Positions 63,469-64,000 of a DNA stretch of 64,000 bases are shown one piece after another. The notes under the pieces were generated by a model. That model saw nothing but the letters and a program-made list of their open reading frames with translations. It made no database searches and was not told the DNA's origin. Position numbers and translations under genes: made by a program. The DNA lies in assembly GCA_030704615.1 (NCBI GenBank), contig CM060734.1:5146001-5210000 (forward strand), given 5' to 3'. The number at the start of each line of letters is the position of its first letter. Positions within the stretch are counted from its first letter, which is position 1. The stretch comes from Takakia lepidozioides. Taxonomy: Eukaryota > Plantae > Bryophyta.

Positions 63469-63786
63469 CACTACTACGTTTAGGGGGGGTTAGCGTTGCC
63501 CAACCCCCCACGCTGTTATTTAACAAAATGAAGCGGCCGCCAATTGGCGGTCGCTTCTTTTTGTTATTTGAAAAAAAACGGGACCGCCACATTGGCAGTC
63601 GCTTGTTTTAAAAAATATAAAGCGACCGCCATATTTGTGGTCGCGTCATGTTATCAAAAATAGAAAATAAAGCGACCGCCAATTGGCGGTTGCTGCTTTT
63701 TGTTATTTAAAAAAATAATACGACCGCCACATTGGCGGTCGCCGTTTTTTGTTTCTTTAAAAAATAAAACAACCGCCAATTGGCAT
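63469..63786. mobile_element. CACTA element terminus with palindromic subterminal repeats
   Basis: CACTACTACG at 63469 is followed by about 6 copies of a GCGACCGCCAATTGGCGGTCGC-like motif at about 41-50-bp spacing. Confidence 0.7.
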
Positions 63787-64000
63787 TTTAATCTGTCACT
63801 GTGACCATGAGACATGTTTGGGGTTTGGTTGGGATCACACGGTCAAACTTCAATTCAAGTGCACGGTTTGCAGCTTCTCTATATACAGTTGCATTTCACT
63901 TCTCAATGCTACGACAACTCTACCCAAATGGCATCAAGGTGCTATTGCTATGACAACCAGCATGTAGCCCAGTGGTAATGGCACATACCCTCTCACGAGT

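Overview
Eukaryotic, intron-containing DNA from a land plant (probably a non-seed plant; this is inference). About 1-47 kb is a nest of decayed transposons. 47-64 kb is host-like and holds one intact gene (patellin, Sec14-GOLD, 4 exons, minus strand) among MITE, pogo, LINE and CACTA remnants. Two unrelated transposons each carry their own DNA methyltransferase. (1) An 11.5-kb Mutator/MULE element (28859-40391, 9-bp TSD) is inserted in a Gypsy integrase. It has a DDE/SWIM transposase and a divergent spliced gene that fuses a ParB/Srx-like domain to a beta-class N4C/N6A methyltransferase-like domain. Intron 1 of that gene holds about 13 copies of a 40-bp palindrome at 115-116-bp spacing. This is the best candidate for an undescribed system. 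(2) A Ty3/Gypsy element (4558-14992) has a DNMT3-like C5 methyltransferase between protease and RT, a PHD finger on the integrase, and unusual A...B-A-B terminal repeats. All calls come from reading motifs by eye; no database searches were run.
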